Positions 8,521 through 19,127 are shown, counted from the stretch's first letter. The stretch: DNA of 64,000 nt from an uncultured bacterium (GCA_965603285.1 CBFDCK010000004.1:8507-72506), one strand, 5' to 3'. Translations and numbers: made by a program. Notes: generated by a model not told the origin, from the sequence alone.

Positions 8521-9519
8521 ATGAATATGGTTCATATAGCTGTAGACGCTATGGGCGGCGACTACGCCCCCGAAGAGATAGTCGCCGGAGCAATTCAGGG
8601 TGCACGAGACTTTAATTTGAGAGTGTCGCTAGTTGGTGACCCAGATGCAATCCGGTATGAATTATCGAGGGTTCAGATAGACAACCTGCAAATGGAAATT
8701 ATTCCCGCCTGCGACGTGATCCACATGGACGAGAGTCCAGTAAATGCAGTTCGCTCCAAGCCAGATGCCTCAATCAATGTGGCTTGCCGAAAGGTAACTG
8801 AAGGGCATGCCGATGGCGTTCTGACAATGGGTCACACAGGAGCAGGTTTGATCGCCGCCATTTCCAACTTTGGGTGCATTCCAGGAGTGGAACGACCAGC
8901 CGCAATAGTCCCCCTCCTGGGATTGAGAAAGGATGTTTACCTGATAGATGCGGGCGCAAACACCGAGGTGGGTCCCAAACAATTACTCCAGTTTGCATGC
9001 ATGGGATCAGCTTACGCACACTATGCAGGCGGTATTGCTCACCCACGAATCGGCTTACTTTCAAATGGTTCTGAAGCAAGCAAAGGCAATAAGGTGGGGA
9101 GGGATGCTTATAAATTACTTGCTGCAGCCAAAAACATTCTATTTGAAGGTAACGTTGAGGGGCATACAATGTTGGCAAGCGATGTCAATGTGGTCGTCTG
9201 CGACGGCTTTGCGGGCAACGTGCTCTTTAAGACTATCGAAGGGGTAATTGCTGCTGTACTGGCTCAGGTTCAGGACATCCTGCCGCAGCTTTCTGCTGGG
9301 ACGGCTTCCTTGCTACAGGATCATTTGGAGAATATACGCTCAATCAACGATTACGCCAGAATTGGAGCAGCCGCTCTGCTGGGTGTGCAGTTTCCGATGT
9401 TCATCGGACATGGTCGCAGCAAAGCCCTGGCAGTTCGCAACGGCATGGCTACTGCCAAGCGCATGATCACCTCGAACGTGGTGGGGGTAATTCGCAGGGA
9501 ATATGAATCGTGTGTGTAA
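8521..9519 (+). CDS. plsX: Phosphate acyltransferase PlsX
   Basis: IAVDAMGGDYAP at the N-terminus, DGFAGNV motif, 332 aa. Confidence 0.9.
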   Translation: MNMVHIAVDAMGGDYAPEEIVAGAIQGARDFNLRVSLVGDPDAIRYELSRVQIDNLQMEIIPACDVIHMDESPVNAVRSKPDASINVACRKVTEGHADGVLTMGHTGAGLIAAISNFGCIPGVERPAAIVPLLGLRKDVYLIDAGANTEVGPKQLLQFACMGSAYAHYAGGIAHPRIGLLSNGSEASKGNKVGRDAYKLLAAAKNILFEGNVEGHTMLASDVNVVVCDGFAGNVLFKTIEGVIAAVLAQVQDILPQLSAGTASLLQDHLENIRSINDYARIGAAALLGVQFPMFIGHGRSKALAVRNGMATAKRMITSNVVGVIRREYESCV

Positions 9520-9598
9520 AGATGCTGCTGCCAATTGTTCATCACGGGTGCATATGCTGACTGAGGAAAAGATCATAATCGAGTAACCAATTGCCAAG

Positions 9599-10639
9599 AT
9601 GAGAGATGTGCTCGACAGCCTGGAAAAATGGCGTCAAAATAACGAGAAGATAGCGGTTGCGACCGTTGTAAAAACGTGGGGGTCGGCGCCGCGTCCGGTT
9701 GGTTCAAAACTTATCTTAACCCACGGCGGTAGCATCGCGGGCTCGGTGAGCGGTGGCTGCGTGGAAGGCGCGATCATCGACGAAGGCATATCGGTCCTGG
9801 ATACGGGCAAATCCAGCTTGCTGACATTCCAGGTCGCCGACGAAGAGGCATGGGACGTGGGTCTGCCCTGCGGCGGCACGATTCAGGTTTTTGTGGAGCC
9901 TTTTTCCGCCCTGGATGGCATTTACGCCTCGTTGAAACAGCACTTAGAAAATCGCCAACCAATCGCAGTAGCCGGCACGCTGAAAGGTCCGCCCGAATAT
10001 ATCAACCGAAAATTGATCGTACTGGAGGACGGGCGCATCGAAGGGGATCTTAATATCCCCGGACAAACCAATCTTATCGTCAGCATCGCACTTGAGATGC
10101 TGGGAAAAGAGACCGGGGGGATACTGGATCTAGAAGAAACTTCGTTATTCATTGAAGTGTACCCGCCTACGCCGCGCCTGATAATCGTTGGAGCAGTTCA
10201 CATAGCAGAAAAATTAGTGTCCATAGCCCGAACAGTTGGATTTGATACCATCGTGGTCGACCCACGGCGTGCATTCCTCACCCGTGACCGCTTCCCGCAT
10301 GCCAGCGAAATGGTTCAAGCGTGGCCTTCAGAAGCCCTGCCGGGGATGGATCTCAACAACTCGGCATATATCGTCGTACTGTCGCACGACCCCAAGCTGG
10401 ATGACCCCGCCCTGCAGGTTGCCCTCAGAAGTAAGGCGCGCTATGTGGGAGCCATTGGAAGCCGGCGCACCAATCAAAAGCAAATCGAACGTTTACGTGC
10501 AGCAGGATTGACTGATGAGCAAATCGCACGCCTGCATGCGCCCATTGGTCTCGATATATGGGCGCGGCTTCCAGGTGAAATCGCGCTGAGCATCATGGCT
10601 GAGGTTGTTCAAGTACGAAACAGCGTATCTCTCGCTTGA
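9599..10639 (+). CDS. XdhC/CoxI family accessory protein
   Basis: N-terminal XdhC_CoxI-like region (ATVVKTWGSAPRPVGSK...GSVSGGCVEG) and a C-terminal Rossmann-like region (LIIVGAVHIA). No dehydrogenase partner is nearby. Confidence 0.75.
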   Translation: MRDVLDSLEKWRQNNEKIAVATVVKTWGSAPRPVGSKLILTHGGSIAGSVSGGCVEGAIIDEGISVLDTGKSSLLTFQVADEEAWDVGLPCGGTIQVFVEPFSALDGIYASLKQHLENRQPIAVAGTLKGPPEYINRKLIVLEDGRIEGDLNIPGQTNLIVSIALEMLGKETGGILDLEETSLFIEVYPPTPRLIIVGAVHIAEKLVSIARTVGFDTIVVDPRRAFLTRDRFPHASEMVQAWPSEALPGMDLNNSAYIVVLSHDPKLDDPALQVALRSKARYVGAIGSRRTNQKQIERLRAAGLTDEQIARLHAPIGLDIWARLPGEIALSIMAEVVQVRNSVSLA

Positions 10640-10798
10640 TGTTGGGTGAATAACTTGTTGGGTTCAGCCGATTACCAACCGTTGGTGCGCAGCATACTGA
10701 CTGTGCTGCTCTACGTGGACGATTTTTTCCTCAATAATCTAGAGCGCTTAGAAGAATTGGTCGGGTGTATTTATCCGCATCAGCCAATTCTAAGTAAC

Positions 10799-12103
10799 TC
10801 AATGTGAATAGTTACGCAGCGCGAGCGGTAAGAACACCAAATGCGGCGTAAAAAGCCGACCATGGATGTCCCGAAAAGCGGTGTTATTACGCATGTGCTC
10901 CCAAGCTACAAAATAATTTGTAAGACCACCCGCCACTGCCGGATTGGTACGATCTGGATCCCCCGTATAGAGAGGTTTAATCTCTATTGGTTCTCCTTTT
11001 GTATTGTTGGGGAACACCATCTGGGCGAAAATACCGTAGGGTCCCGAAGAGTTGCTGTATTGCTGCATCCAGGTCACGAGATACTGCGTCCCAGATATGT
11101 CACATGACACATCTGCATTAATCTCGTTAATGGGTGTGTTAAATAATAAATGGAGGCTGCCAGGGACGCCATCGCCGGAGATGTAGCGTACGTAGATATC
11201 CGGGAGGCGTGTAGAAGTCTTCGATTCCCAAGCTACCAAGAACTGATCCGCTTCTTTACAGGCAGCCACAGCCGGATAACCTTCATGGTAGGACAATCCA
11301 GCGATGCTGAATTCATAAGGGGGTGCTCCTAATTTTACAAAATCACCCGTCAAGCGGACACCGTATATATCCAAACTGCTCTTTCCCACATCCCATACCA
11401 CCAGGTACTCGTTGCGTTTCAAATTGTAGGCCACATCTGGGGAATCACGATACTCCGCTCCTGTTGAGATTATCTGAGGATATCCCGGTGGGGGGAAGGA
11501 GCCATCGGAAGCTTTGATCCGAATGCCATCAATTTCAGAGGATGTGCCGGATTTATCAGCCCAAACCACCAGGAACTCCCTCATAGTTTCTGCATAAGCC
11601 ACTTTTGGGTGCCACTGGTTGGTGTAATATGGGCAAATTTTGAATTCGATTGGATTTGGAATTGTATCATCCCAATGGATGAATCGACCGGAAAGATCCC
11701 AGTTGCTCCCATCGCCATTAAGATCATGCATCCATACTACCAAAAACCGGTCATTGATCGGGTCATAATCCACAGCGGGTTCACGCCGGATTTTTGAACC
11801 CGTAGCAATGGGAAAAGGACTGGGGCCAACAAACTTACCGTCGCCAGTAATACGCTGACCATAAATGCCATCCGGGTTTCGCCATACGACGAGGTATCCT
11901 CGGTGCTTCCTGCTGTAGGCTACGGCAGGTTCGTATTGCAAATTATCAACGGCCGAGATAACAATCTCGTTGCCAATCAGGTGAGAGCCTGGTTCCAAAG
12001 GGGCTCCAGTTTCGGAGAACTCCGCGTGCACTGCACCACCCGTCACCCCTAGAAAGAAAGTGACTGCAACCAGGATGAGGACAAAAGCTCTTTGTATTGA
12101 CAC
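10799..12103 (-). CDS. Secreted repeat protein, probably a seven-bladed beta-propeller; unknown function
   Basis: GTG start with GGGAGGA RBS and a signal peptide. Seven ~55-aa repeats each contain P-x-V-A ... [YF]-L-V-[VAT]-W. Confidence 0.65.
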   Translation of the reverse strand: MSIQRAFVLILVAVTFFLGVTGGAVHAEFSETGAPLEPGSHLIGNEIVISAVDNLQYEPAVAYSRKHRGYLVVWRNPDGIYGQRITGDGKFVGPSPFPIATGSKIRREPAVDYDPINDRFLVVWMHDLNGDGSNWDLSGRFIHWDDTIPNPIEFKICPYYTNQWHPKVAYAETMREFLVVWADKSGTSSEIDGIRIKASDGSFPPPGYPQIISTGAEYRDSPDVAYNLKRNEYLVVWDVGKSSLDIYGVRLTGDFVKLGAPPYEFSIAGLSYHEGYPAVAACKEADQFLVAWESKTSTRLPDIYVRYISGDGVPGSLHLLFNTPINEINADVSCDISGTQYLVTWMQQYSNSSGPYGIFAQMVFPNNTKGEPIEIKPLYTGDPDRTNPAVAGGLTNYFVAWEHMRNNTAFRDIHGRLFTPHLVFLPLALRNYSH

Positions 12104-12695
12104 CCGATCCTCCCATGTGAAATTAGGTGTGAGACAAATTGGTCGGGTCGAACCCTACACTTTAACATTCTATGTGTCAAGGGGAGATGAAGAAAAGCGT
12201 AAAGTTTACAAATCTTCATTTATAATTTCTGTTTTTTGTACTACGCTGGAAACATCATTTTACATTCAGCGGGTAAAAAGTCAAGTGGGCTCCCACCCAG
12301 CAACTTTAATTCAGCATTCACATCCAAACATATAGACTTGTGATTACCAGATGATTATCAGTATTCTGTCAACCCTTTGTATATAAGTAATTTCTTGGTA
12401 ACTTGAGTAGTCAGCAATTTATTCCACCATGATAATATTTCGTCCCATATTTTTAAAATCCAGACGTATACTTCGTTTTTAAACCGTCAGGGCAGAAAGT
12501 ATCGATAAGGAATTCTATGTGCTTAAATGGTTTGTATATAGCTCAAAGCTGCTCTAAGTCGAGGGAGCAAATATGGTCTTGGTCAGCAAGTCCGGCAATA
12601 ACAGTGCCGGTGTAATTCTACCGAAAACCGCACCCAGAACACCCAGCTACATCTGACGATATATATAACCACGAAGTCACTAAACCTCAGGATGT

Positions 12696-15101
12696 CTAAC
12701 GCCTCTCAACTTCCACCCACATCTGCTCACCATCTGTGCTCAGGTGAATCCAGCCATCCAAGTCTGTTCGCAGCAGAGAGTAGCCCGCCACTGCTTCCAA
12801 GGTCTCTGGTGCGGGCAGACCATCCCGGTCGTCTGCGGCAACGCTGAGCACAACCAACTGCGGATTCCATCTATCGATCCATTCCGGCGGGTTAAGCGGG
12901 GCGTAACCGCTTTCTGCCAAGAGCAGGACTGCGACCGGTACCAGGTCCGGGTCGTTTTGCAGCTCCTCCATACTCTCGAAATCCAATCCAATTGGCAAGA
13001 GCGTTCTAAAGTCCCCCCACTCCAACAATAATACCGCCCCGCGACTCCCGGCTGAAAGCACTTGTAGTCTGGCGCCTTCACCAAGCTCCAACGCGTGTCC
13101 CGGAAGAGCCGGGATTACAAGGGTTTTAGATTCAGCCAACACCTTGCGTAGCTCGCGTGCACTGTGAGTGCCGGCAGTCGGACCTGCCCATAGGACATTA
13201 TGGGGAGGGAAACGCTCTAGCGTGCGCGGCAGGGCTGCTATCTGCCCATCCCCGGCGGCTACCACAACGAGGAAATCAAGCTGGCGGTGAGTGATCGGCA
13301 GGCGCCGACCCAATCCATCTGATAATTTGCTCGGGCTGGGTCCTCCATCGACCAACAGGGTCCTTCCGGTGGGGGTCTGGATCAGCAGTGCATCCCCACT
13401 GCCTACATCAATAAAAGTCAGGTGCAGCCGACCATCTGGTACGGTCAGGGCAGCCCGCCAGACCAGTAATGCCAATATACCCATGACTGCCAGGGTCGCG
13501 GTAGGCAAGAACGTGAATGTCGATGACTGATCCCCGGTCTTTTCAGCGACCCATTCTTGAATACGTTCTCCAAAAAAGGTCCAGGTGAAGAGCACAAGAT
13601 AGAAAAGGATCAACCAGTGAAGCGATATTTCCCCCAATGCCATGACTCGACCCGGTATGCGGTCAAACAGCTCGATAATCCGGATGGTATACGCAACGAA
13701 TGGCCACGCCAGCAAAGACGCCAGTTGACCGAGCGGTGGATGGATCAAACCCAGGATCACGGCCAAACCGCCTAAAATCATCACCGCGGGCTGTGCAGGC
13801 AGAATGGCAGGATTTGCAAGCAGTAAGACCAGCGAAAGGCGCTGAAAATGGTATATCATCACCGGCAAGACGGTCAGCATCGCCGCAAAGGTGAACAGGA
13901 AATACTCGCTCACCGGTCTTGTCAAACGCTGCGCAGTAGTATCCGGAATTATCCGGGAAGTTAGTCTTATAAAGACATTTGAAAGCGGCTCTGCATACAA
14001 CAGCAGTCCTAAGGTCGCCATGAAGGATAGCTGAAAACCTACGTCCCAGATGACATCAGGGTTAAAGAGCGCCATCAGAGCTGCCACAAAGGTCAGCGTG
14101 TTGAGCCCATCCTGACGGCGCCCTACAAGTGCTGCAAGTAGAGAAAGACCACCCATAATGGCGGCGCGCACTACCGCAGCATCAGCGCCCACCAGCACAG
14201 CATAGATTGCGATCACGACAGCCGCCATACCCGCCGCCAGGAAACGCCGGCGCCCTCTGAACAGGAGGTTAAAAAGGAACACAAAAAAAGCGGATAAGAT
14301 CGCTATGTTAAATCCTGAGATCGCAATAATATGAGCGGTTCCTGTGTTTCTAAATGCGTCTTGGACATTTTCGGGGATTCCAGTCTCAACACCGAGCAGT
14401 ATCCCGGCCATCAAGGAGGCTTCCGGATCAGGAAACAGGCGGTAAACAGTCTCAAGGGAGCGTTCCCTTAATCCATATACCAGTGTATAGAATGAGCTGC
14501 CCTGACCACGCAGCAGTAGTCTAGCGCGAGCGCGCGGCATGTATGAATATATCCCCTGCCGTTTCAGGTAACTGCGATAGGAGAAGTCCTCATCCTCAGG
14601 TGGGGTTTCCAACTCACCTTGCAGCCTAACACGGTCGCCATAATGCCACTTACCGCCTGGAGAGATTCTGGCTAATAACAAACCTCCAACAGGGGTGAAG
14701 AGCAGTTCGCCTACCGGGTGGAGCCGCTCCACTCGGAGACGCAGGTTGGTATATCTATCATGCGCATCTGGCTGTTCGACCAATACACCCTCGACGATGA
14801 ATTCCTGCCCAGAATCGTTGTGCCAGGCAATAAAATCAGGGCTCAACTCGGGTTGAGCGAGTTGGTAGCGTGCCCCTCCAAGAGTCAAGGGGATAAGGAG
14901 CAAGAGATAGGGGAAGGGGAGGCTCAGTGAAGAAGGAACACGTTCAAGAAGATGGGGAAAACGCCGTACGAGGAGAAACCACACGAGTACCAGCACCAGG
15001 AAAAAACCGGTGAGTAAAAGCCAAGTCGTAAAAGACCAATTCAGAAACTCTCCCAGCAATATCCCGCCCAGAAATGCCAGTGAGAGCCAGAACAGCGGCA
15101 T
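12696..15101 (-). CDS. comEC: DNA internalisation-related competence protein ComEC/Rec2
   Basis: 801 aa. Polytopic membrane core plus a C-terminal metallo-beta-lactamase-like domain (LTFIDVGSGDALLIQTP). Confidence 0.85.
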   Translation of the reverse strand: MPLFWLSLAFLGGILLGEFLNWSFTTWLLLTGFFLVLVLVWFLLVRRFPHLLERVPSSLSLPFPYLLLLIPLTLGGARYQLAQPELSPDFIAWHNDSGQEFIVEGVLVEQPDAHDRYTNLRLRVERLHPVGELLFTPVGGLLLARISPGGKWHYGDRVRLQGELETPPEDEDFSYRSYLKRQGIYSYMPRARARLLLRGQGSSFYTLVYGLRERSLETVYRLFPDPEASLMAGILLGVETGIPENVQDAFRNTGTAHIIAISGFNIAILSAFFVFLFNLLFRGRRRFLAAGMAAVVIAIYAVLVGADAAVVRAAIMGGLSLLAALVGRRQDGLNTLTFVAALMALFNPDVIWDVGFQLSFMATLGLLLYAEPLSNVFIRLTSRIIPDTTAQRLTRPVSEYFLFTFAAMLTVLPVMIYHFQRLSLVLLLANPAILPAQPAVMILGGLAVILGLIHPPLGQLASLLAWPFVAYTIRIIELFDRIPGRVMALGEISLHWLILFYLVLFTWTFFGERIQEWVAEKTGDQSSTFTFLPTATLAVMGILALLVWRAALTVPDGRLHLTFIDVGSGDALLIQTPTGRTLLVDGGPSPSKLSDGLGRRLPITHRQLDFLVVVAAGDGQIAALPRTLERFPPHNVLWAGPTAGTHSARELRKVLAESKTLVIPALPGHALELGEGARLQVLSAGSRGAVLLLEWGDFRTLLPIGLDFESMEELQNDPDLVPVAVLLLAESGYAPLNPPEWIDRWNPQLVVLSVAADDRDGLPAPETLEAVAGYSLLRTDLDGWIHLSTDGEQMWVEVERR

Positions 15102-15390
15102 AGTATGGCTCCGTTATTTTCTGCAGTTATTTGTTTTTAATGACTCCATGATGGCAAAATATCATGGACTGCTAGATTGTACCAAAAGGTAGTCTGGTAT
15201 TATTAGATAAGTGTCCGATTTTCCGGCTTAAGCAATGTTATATTAACAATATCAGAAGCAACAAGAGAGCATGGTAAATCTTTGACAAATTGAATATACT
15301 ATAGGACAGCGTGACCAAGAAAATGCAAAGCAACTTATTGTCAACCTAACTAAATAAATTTTTGTTTATCCAGACATTTGGAGGATAGCC

Positions 15391-16089
15391 TTGACACTCA
15401 TATTACTTGTCGACGACGAACCTTTAATCACAGACTCGCTCTCGTACAGCTTAAAGCGCGAGGGGTTTGAGGTTGAAATGGTTACGGACGGTCTTTCAGC
15501 GTTAGAAGCAGTCGAGAGACTCAATCCCGACTTGATTGTGTTGGACCTGATGCTGCCGGATATCAGTGGTTTCGAAGTATGCCGCCGCCTGCGTTCAACC
15601 ACCAACACACCCGTCATTATGCTTACAGCCCGGGGTGAGGAAATTGACCGGGTTCTTGGACTGGAAGTGGGCGCTGATGATTACCTGGCAAAACCTTTTT
15701 CTTTCCGCGAGCTGCTGGCGCGCATCCAAGCTACCCTACGGCGGGTGGCATTGGATCGTCAATCTACGGACGCAGATGTGATGGCACTCAGACAGTTGAG
15801 TCTGGATCCAACTGCGAGGCGTGTTTTTAAAAATGATGAGGAACTTCAGCTCTCGGCGCGCGAATTTGAACTGCTGGAAATGCTGATGAAAAACGCCGGG
15901 CGTGCCATGAGTCGCGACGATCTTCTCAAACTAGTTTGGGGAGAAGAGTGGGTTGGCGATTCCCGTACACTGGATGTCCACATCCGCTGGCTGCGGCTGA
16001 AGATTGAAGATGATCCTGCCAGCCCCAAGTATATCCAGACCGTCCGCGGCTACGGATATCGCTTCGCGGGTCCCGAGGAACTATCCTGA
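15391..16089 (+). CDS. OmpR-family response regulator
   Basis: TTG start after GGAGGA. Receiver motifs LLVDDEP and DLIVLDLMLPDISG. Winged-helix C-terminus TVRGYGYRF. Confidence 0.9.
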   Translation: MTLILLVDDEPLITDSLSYSLKREGFEVEMVTDGLSALEAVERLNPDLIVLDLMLPDISGFEVCRRLRSTTNTPVIMLTARGEEIDRVLGLEVGADDYLAKPFSFRELLARIQATLRRVALDRQSTDADVMALRQLSLDPTARRVFKNDEELQLSAREFELLEMLMKNAGRAMSRDDLLKLVWGEEWVGDSRTLDVHIRWLRLKIEDDPASPKYIQTVRGYGYRFAGPEELS

Positions 16090-17531
16090 AACTTCCAAAA
16101 ACACTAAGTGCGCGCCTGGTAATATCCCACCTGCTAGTAGCCCTGGTCAGCATCATCCTATTGGCTGGCTTCGCCGGCAGGACCATTTATCAGGCTTCCA
16201 TTGCTGAGGCCGAACACGCTCTGCAAGATTTGGCTTTTGCGGCCGGCAACGCTTTGGAACTCCCCATTCAGGAACTTCGAGCGGGAAGGGTAGATGCCAA
16301 CTTTATCCAGGGTATGTTGTTCCAGATGTTCGCTGATAACCCTGATATGAGCTTCACGGTGTATCAGCCCGATGGAACTCCACTTGTTGACAGCAGCGCA
16401 TCTTTACCTCCCAAAGCCAATCGTAAGAACGCACCTGAAGTTTGGGGGTCCCTGCAGAGCGACACCGGAAGAGGGGTCGCTTTTCGCCAGAATTCGAGTG
16501 GTAAGCGAACTATGTACATGGCCGTATTAGTGCAGCGTGAGATCGAAGTTACGGCGATACTGCGTCTCGGATTGCCTATGGAACCCGCCCAGGCTGCCGC
16601 CCAACGCTCCATTGCACTCCTGCTGCTTGTTTCTGTAGTGATCGCCTCCGGAGTCAGCCTGTTCGGCTGGCTGTTGGCGAACAACATGGCGCGACCAATA
16701 CAAGTCCTGACCAAAGCAGTCGAAAATATGGAGCAAGGCGATTTAGGAGTGCGGGTAGAACCTTCCGGAACATATGAAATGCACCGGTTAGCGGTTGCCT
16801 TCAACAAGATGGCAAGCCGCCTGCAATCCAATGTAAATGATCTGCGCGCTTTCGTCGCCAACGCCAGTCACGAACTGCGCACACCTCTAACTGTAGTCAA
16901 GCTGCGGGCTGAATCCCTGCAAGACGGCGCGCTGGAAGATCCCGATGTGGCAGGTCGCTTCCTTGAAGAAATTGAATGTGAAGTGGATCGCTTGGTTCGT
17001 ATGGTGAATGACATGCTCGACCTCTCCCGTATGGAAGCGGGGATGGATGCCGACCAGCCCGTTTTGCTCGACTTGAGCACAATCGCATCGGAGGTATACG
17101 AGACATTTGAGATGCGTGCTGAACATGCTGATTTGACCCTGGAGTGTGATATTCAACCCGACTTAGCGCCTGTATTGGGTAGCGAGGATCAACTTCGACG
17201 TGTGCTCTACAATTTGCTGGATAACGCTATCAAGTACACCCCCAGCGGCGGAAGAGTAATCTTAATCATGCAACCCGGTCTTAAAGAAAAAACTGTGCGC
17301 ATCGCGGTCCAGGACAACGGGCCAGGCATAGCCTCAGAACATCTGCCTCATATATTCGAACGATTCTACCGCGTTGAAAAGTCGCCTGGAAGTTCCAGCG
17401 CTGTGCGAGGCAGCGGTTTAGGATTGGCGATTGCCAAATCGATTGTGGAAAGCCACGGGGGAGAAACCGGAGTAACCAGTCAGTTAGACACAGGTACAAC
17501 TTTCTGGGCTGATTTACCAACTCAGGAGTAA
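16086..17531 (+). CDS. Sensor histidine kinase (TM, HAMP, HisKA, HATPase_c); start probably a non-canonical CTG
   Basis: H-box SHELRTPLT, N-box DNAIKYTP, G-box GSGLGLAIAKSIVESHGG. The first TM helix is encoded upstream of the ORF-track TTG at 16161, where no canonical start exists. Confidence 0.8.
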   Translation: MKLPKTLSARLVISHLLVALVSIILLAGFAGRTIYQASIAEAEHALQDLAFAAGNALELPIQELRAGRVDANFIQGMLFQMFADNPDMSFTVYQPDGTPLVDSSASLPPKANRKNAPEVWGSLQSDTGRGVAFRQNSSGKRTMYMAVLVQREIEVTAILRLGLPMEPAQAAAQRSIALLLLVSVVIASGVSLFGWLLANNMARPIQVLTKAVENMEQGDLGVRVEPSGTYEMHRLAVAFNKMASRLQSNVNDLRAFVANASHELRTPLTVVKLRAESLQDGALEDPDVAGRFLEEIECEVDRLVRMVNDMLDLSRMEAGMDADQPVLLDLSTIASEVYETFEMRAEHADLTLECDIQPDLAPVLGSEDQLRRVLYNLLDNAIKYTPSGGRVILIMQPGLKEKTVRIAVQDNGPGIASEHLPHIFERFYRVEKSPGSSSAVRGSGLGLAIAKSIVESHGGETGVTSQLDTGTTFWADLPTQE

Positions 17532-17649
17532 TTCCTTCCCTGCGCTACGGACCTGCTTACGGTCACACATCGTTCACGTCGAGGATTGACGCACAGCAAT
17601 GCAAGCGAATCCGATTTTCAAAGAGCTTTGACCAAATCACCAAATATTA

Positions 17650-18426
17650 TCATTTGCCCATCCACTCAGGTTTGCGCTTCTCGATGAACGCCGCCATGCC
17701 CTCTTTTTGATCAGCGGTGCTGAATAGAAAATAGAACGCCAGGCGTTCATCTGCCAAACCATCACTCAGGAAGGTATCAAGCGCTTTGTTGACCGTCTCC
17801 TTACCCAGGCGAACAGCTAAGGGGGCTCGAGATGCGATCTCAGAGGCCAAATTCAGGGCTTCTTCCAGGTAACGCTCGACGGGGACAATCTTATTGACCA
17901 ACCCAAATCTCAGCGCTTCCTCAGCACTCAAGGTACGGTTATTGAGAACCATCTCCATTGTGATCGCTTTTCCAACCGTCCTCGCCAGACGTTGAGTGCC
18001 CCCCGCTCCTGGGATCACACCAATGTTGATCTCTGGTTGACCGAAGCGTGCCGTTTCAGAAGCCAGGACTATATCGCACGACATTGCCAGTTCGTTTCCG
18101 CCTCCCAAACAATAACCGGACACCGCGGCAATGATTGGCTTGGTGACGCCTCGGATGCGATCAAATTGTGAAATACTGTCGCTCAAGAACATCTCCACAG
18201 CAGAGACATCCATCATCTCTTTAATATCGGCACCGGCGGCAAAGGCACGTTCATTTCCGGTGATAACGACCGCTCCAATGTCCTCGTCAGCATCGAACTT
18301 GTCCAAGACATCCATAAGTTCGGTTAACATTGTGCTGTTCAATGCATTCAGCGCCTTGGGGCGATTGAGGCGCACAAGACCAACACGGTCATGGATTTCG
18401 GTGAGGATTGAAGTGTATTTTGTCAC
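17650..18426 (-). CDS. Enoyl-CoA hydratase (crotonase family)
   Basis: 258 aa. ITGNERAFAAGADIKEM and GYCLGGGNELAMSCDI motifs. Confidence 0.85.
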   Translation of the reverse strand: MTKYTSILTEIHDRVGLVRLNRPKALNALNSTMLTELMDVLDKFDADEDIGAVVITGNERAFAAGADIKEMMDVSAVEMFLSDSISQFDRIRGVTKPIIAAVSGYCLGGGNELAMSCDIVLASETARFGQPEINIGVIPGAGGTQRLARTVGKAITMEMVLNNRTLSAEEALRFGLVNKIVPVERYLEEALNLASEIASRAPLAVRLGKETVNKALDTFLSDGLADERLAFYFLFSTADQKEGMAAFIEKRKPEWMGK

Positions 18427-18623
18427 AGGGCACTCCTTGTGGTCTGTAATATTGAATAAGATGAATTGTCATTCGGAACGGCTGAAAACTCCTTTCCGTG
18501 ATAACGGAGTCTCTCGTTTTTATGGATTGCCATGAAGGGCATCAGGATCATGTTAGCTAAGTCTTTGTAAAATGGGAAAATAAAAACTTTAGGCAGTTGC
18601 CAGTCAGTTTTTATTAATTGAGG

Positions 18624-19109
18624 TTATTCGCGGGTTTTGCCGATTTGACTTTGCATCTGGTGTAAATGATATTCTGCGTGTGCGAGGCTCCGTTCTACAA
18701 ACCACTGCAATGTGCGCACACCTAAGCGGGGGTGTCTCCCGGTCCGGTTCCAGGCGTGGGTTGGTATCTTTCCCAGCAAGTTCAATTCTTGGGCACGAAG
18801 CTCCCCGTATTCCTCCATAATTGTCTCGAAAGGCTCGGCGGCATTATGGCGCTCACTTTCCCTAATCGAAACAGCATCGTTCGCCAGTGAAGGGAAATCC
18901 TCATTCCAAATGCGTTCGAAATACGGCAGGAAGACTTGCCTCTCTACATCCCGCAGGTGAGCTATCACCCTGTGTAGGCTCAAGCCTCTCTGGTCATCGG
19001 GCTTATTACCATCATCAAGAGATATCTGAGTTATTAGCGCCTCGAAATCCGTTGCAATGTCGGCATATCGTTTTACCAAGCGCTTGCGGTATCCATTCAA
19101 TTCTTCCAT
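18624..19109 (-). CDS. DinB-superfamily protein (putative)
   Basis: 161 aa helical protein with spaced His residues (HRVIAHL ... HAEYHLH). Weak call made by eye. Confidence 0.45.
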   Translation of the reverse strand: MEELNGYRKRLVKRYADIATDFEALITQISLDDGNKPDDQRGLSLHRVIAHLRDVERQVFLPYFERIWNEDFPSLANDAVSIRESERHNAAEPFETIMEEYGELRAQELNLLGKIPTHAWNRTGRHPRLGVRTLQWFVERSLAHAEYHLHQMQSQIGKTRE

Positions 19110-19127
19110 AAGCGACCACCTAATATT

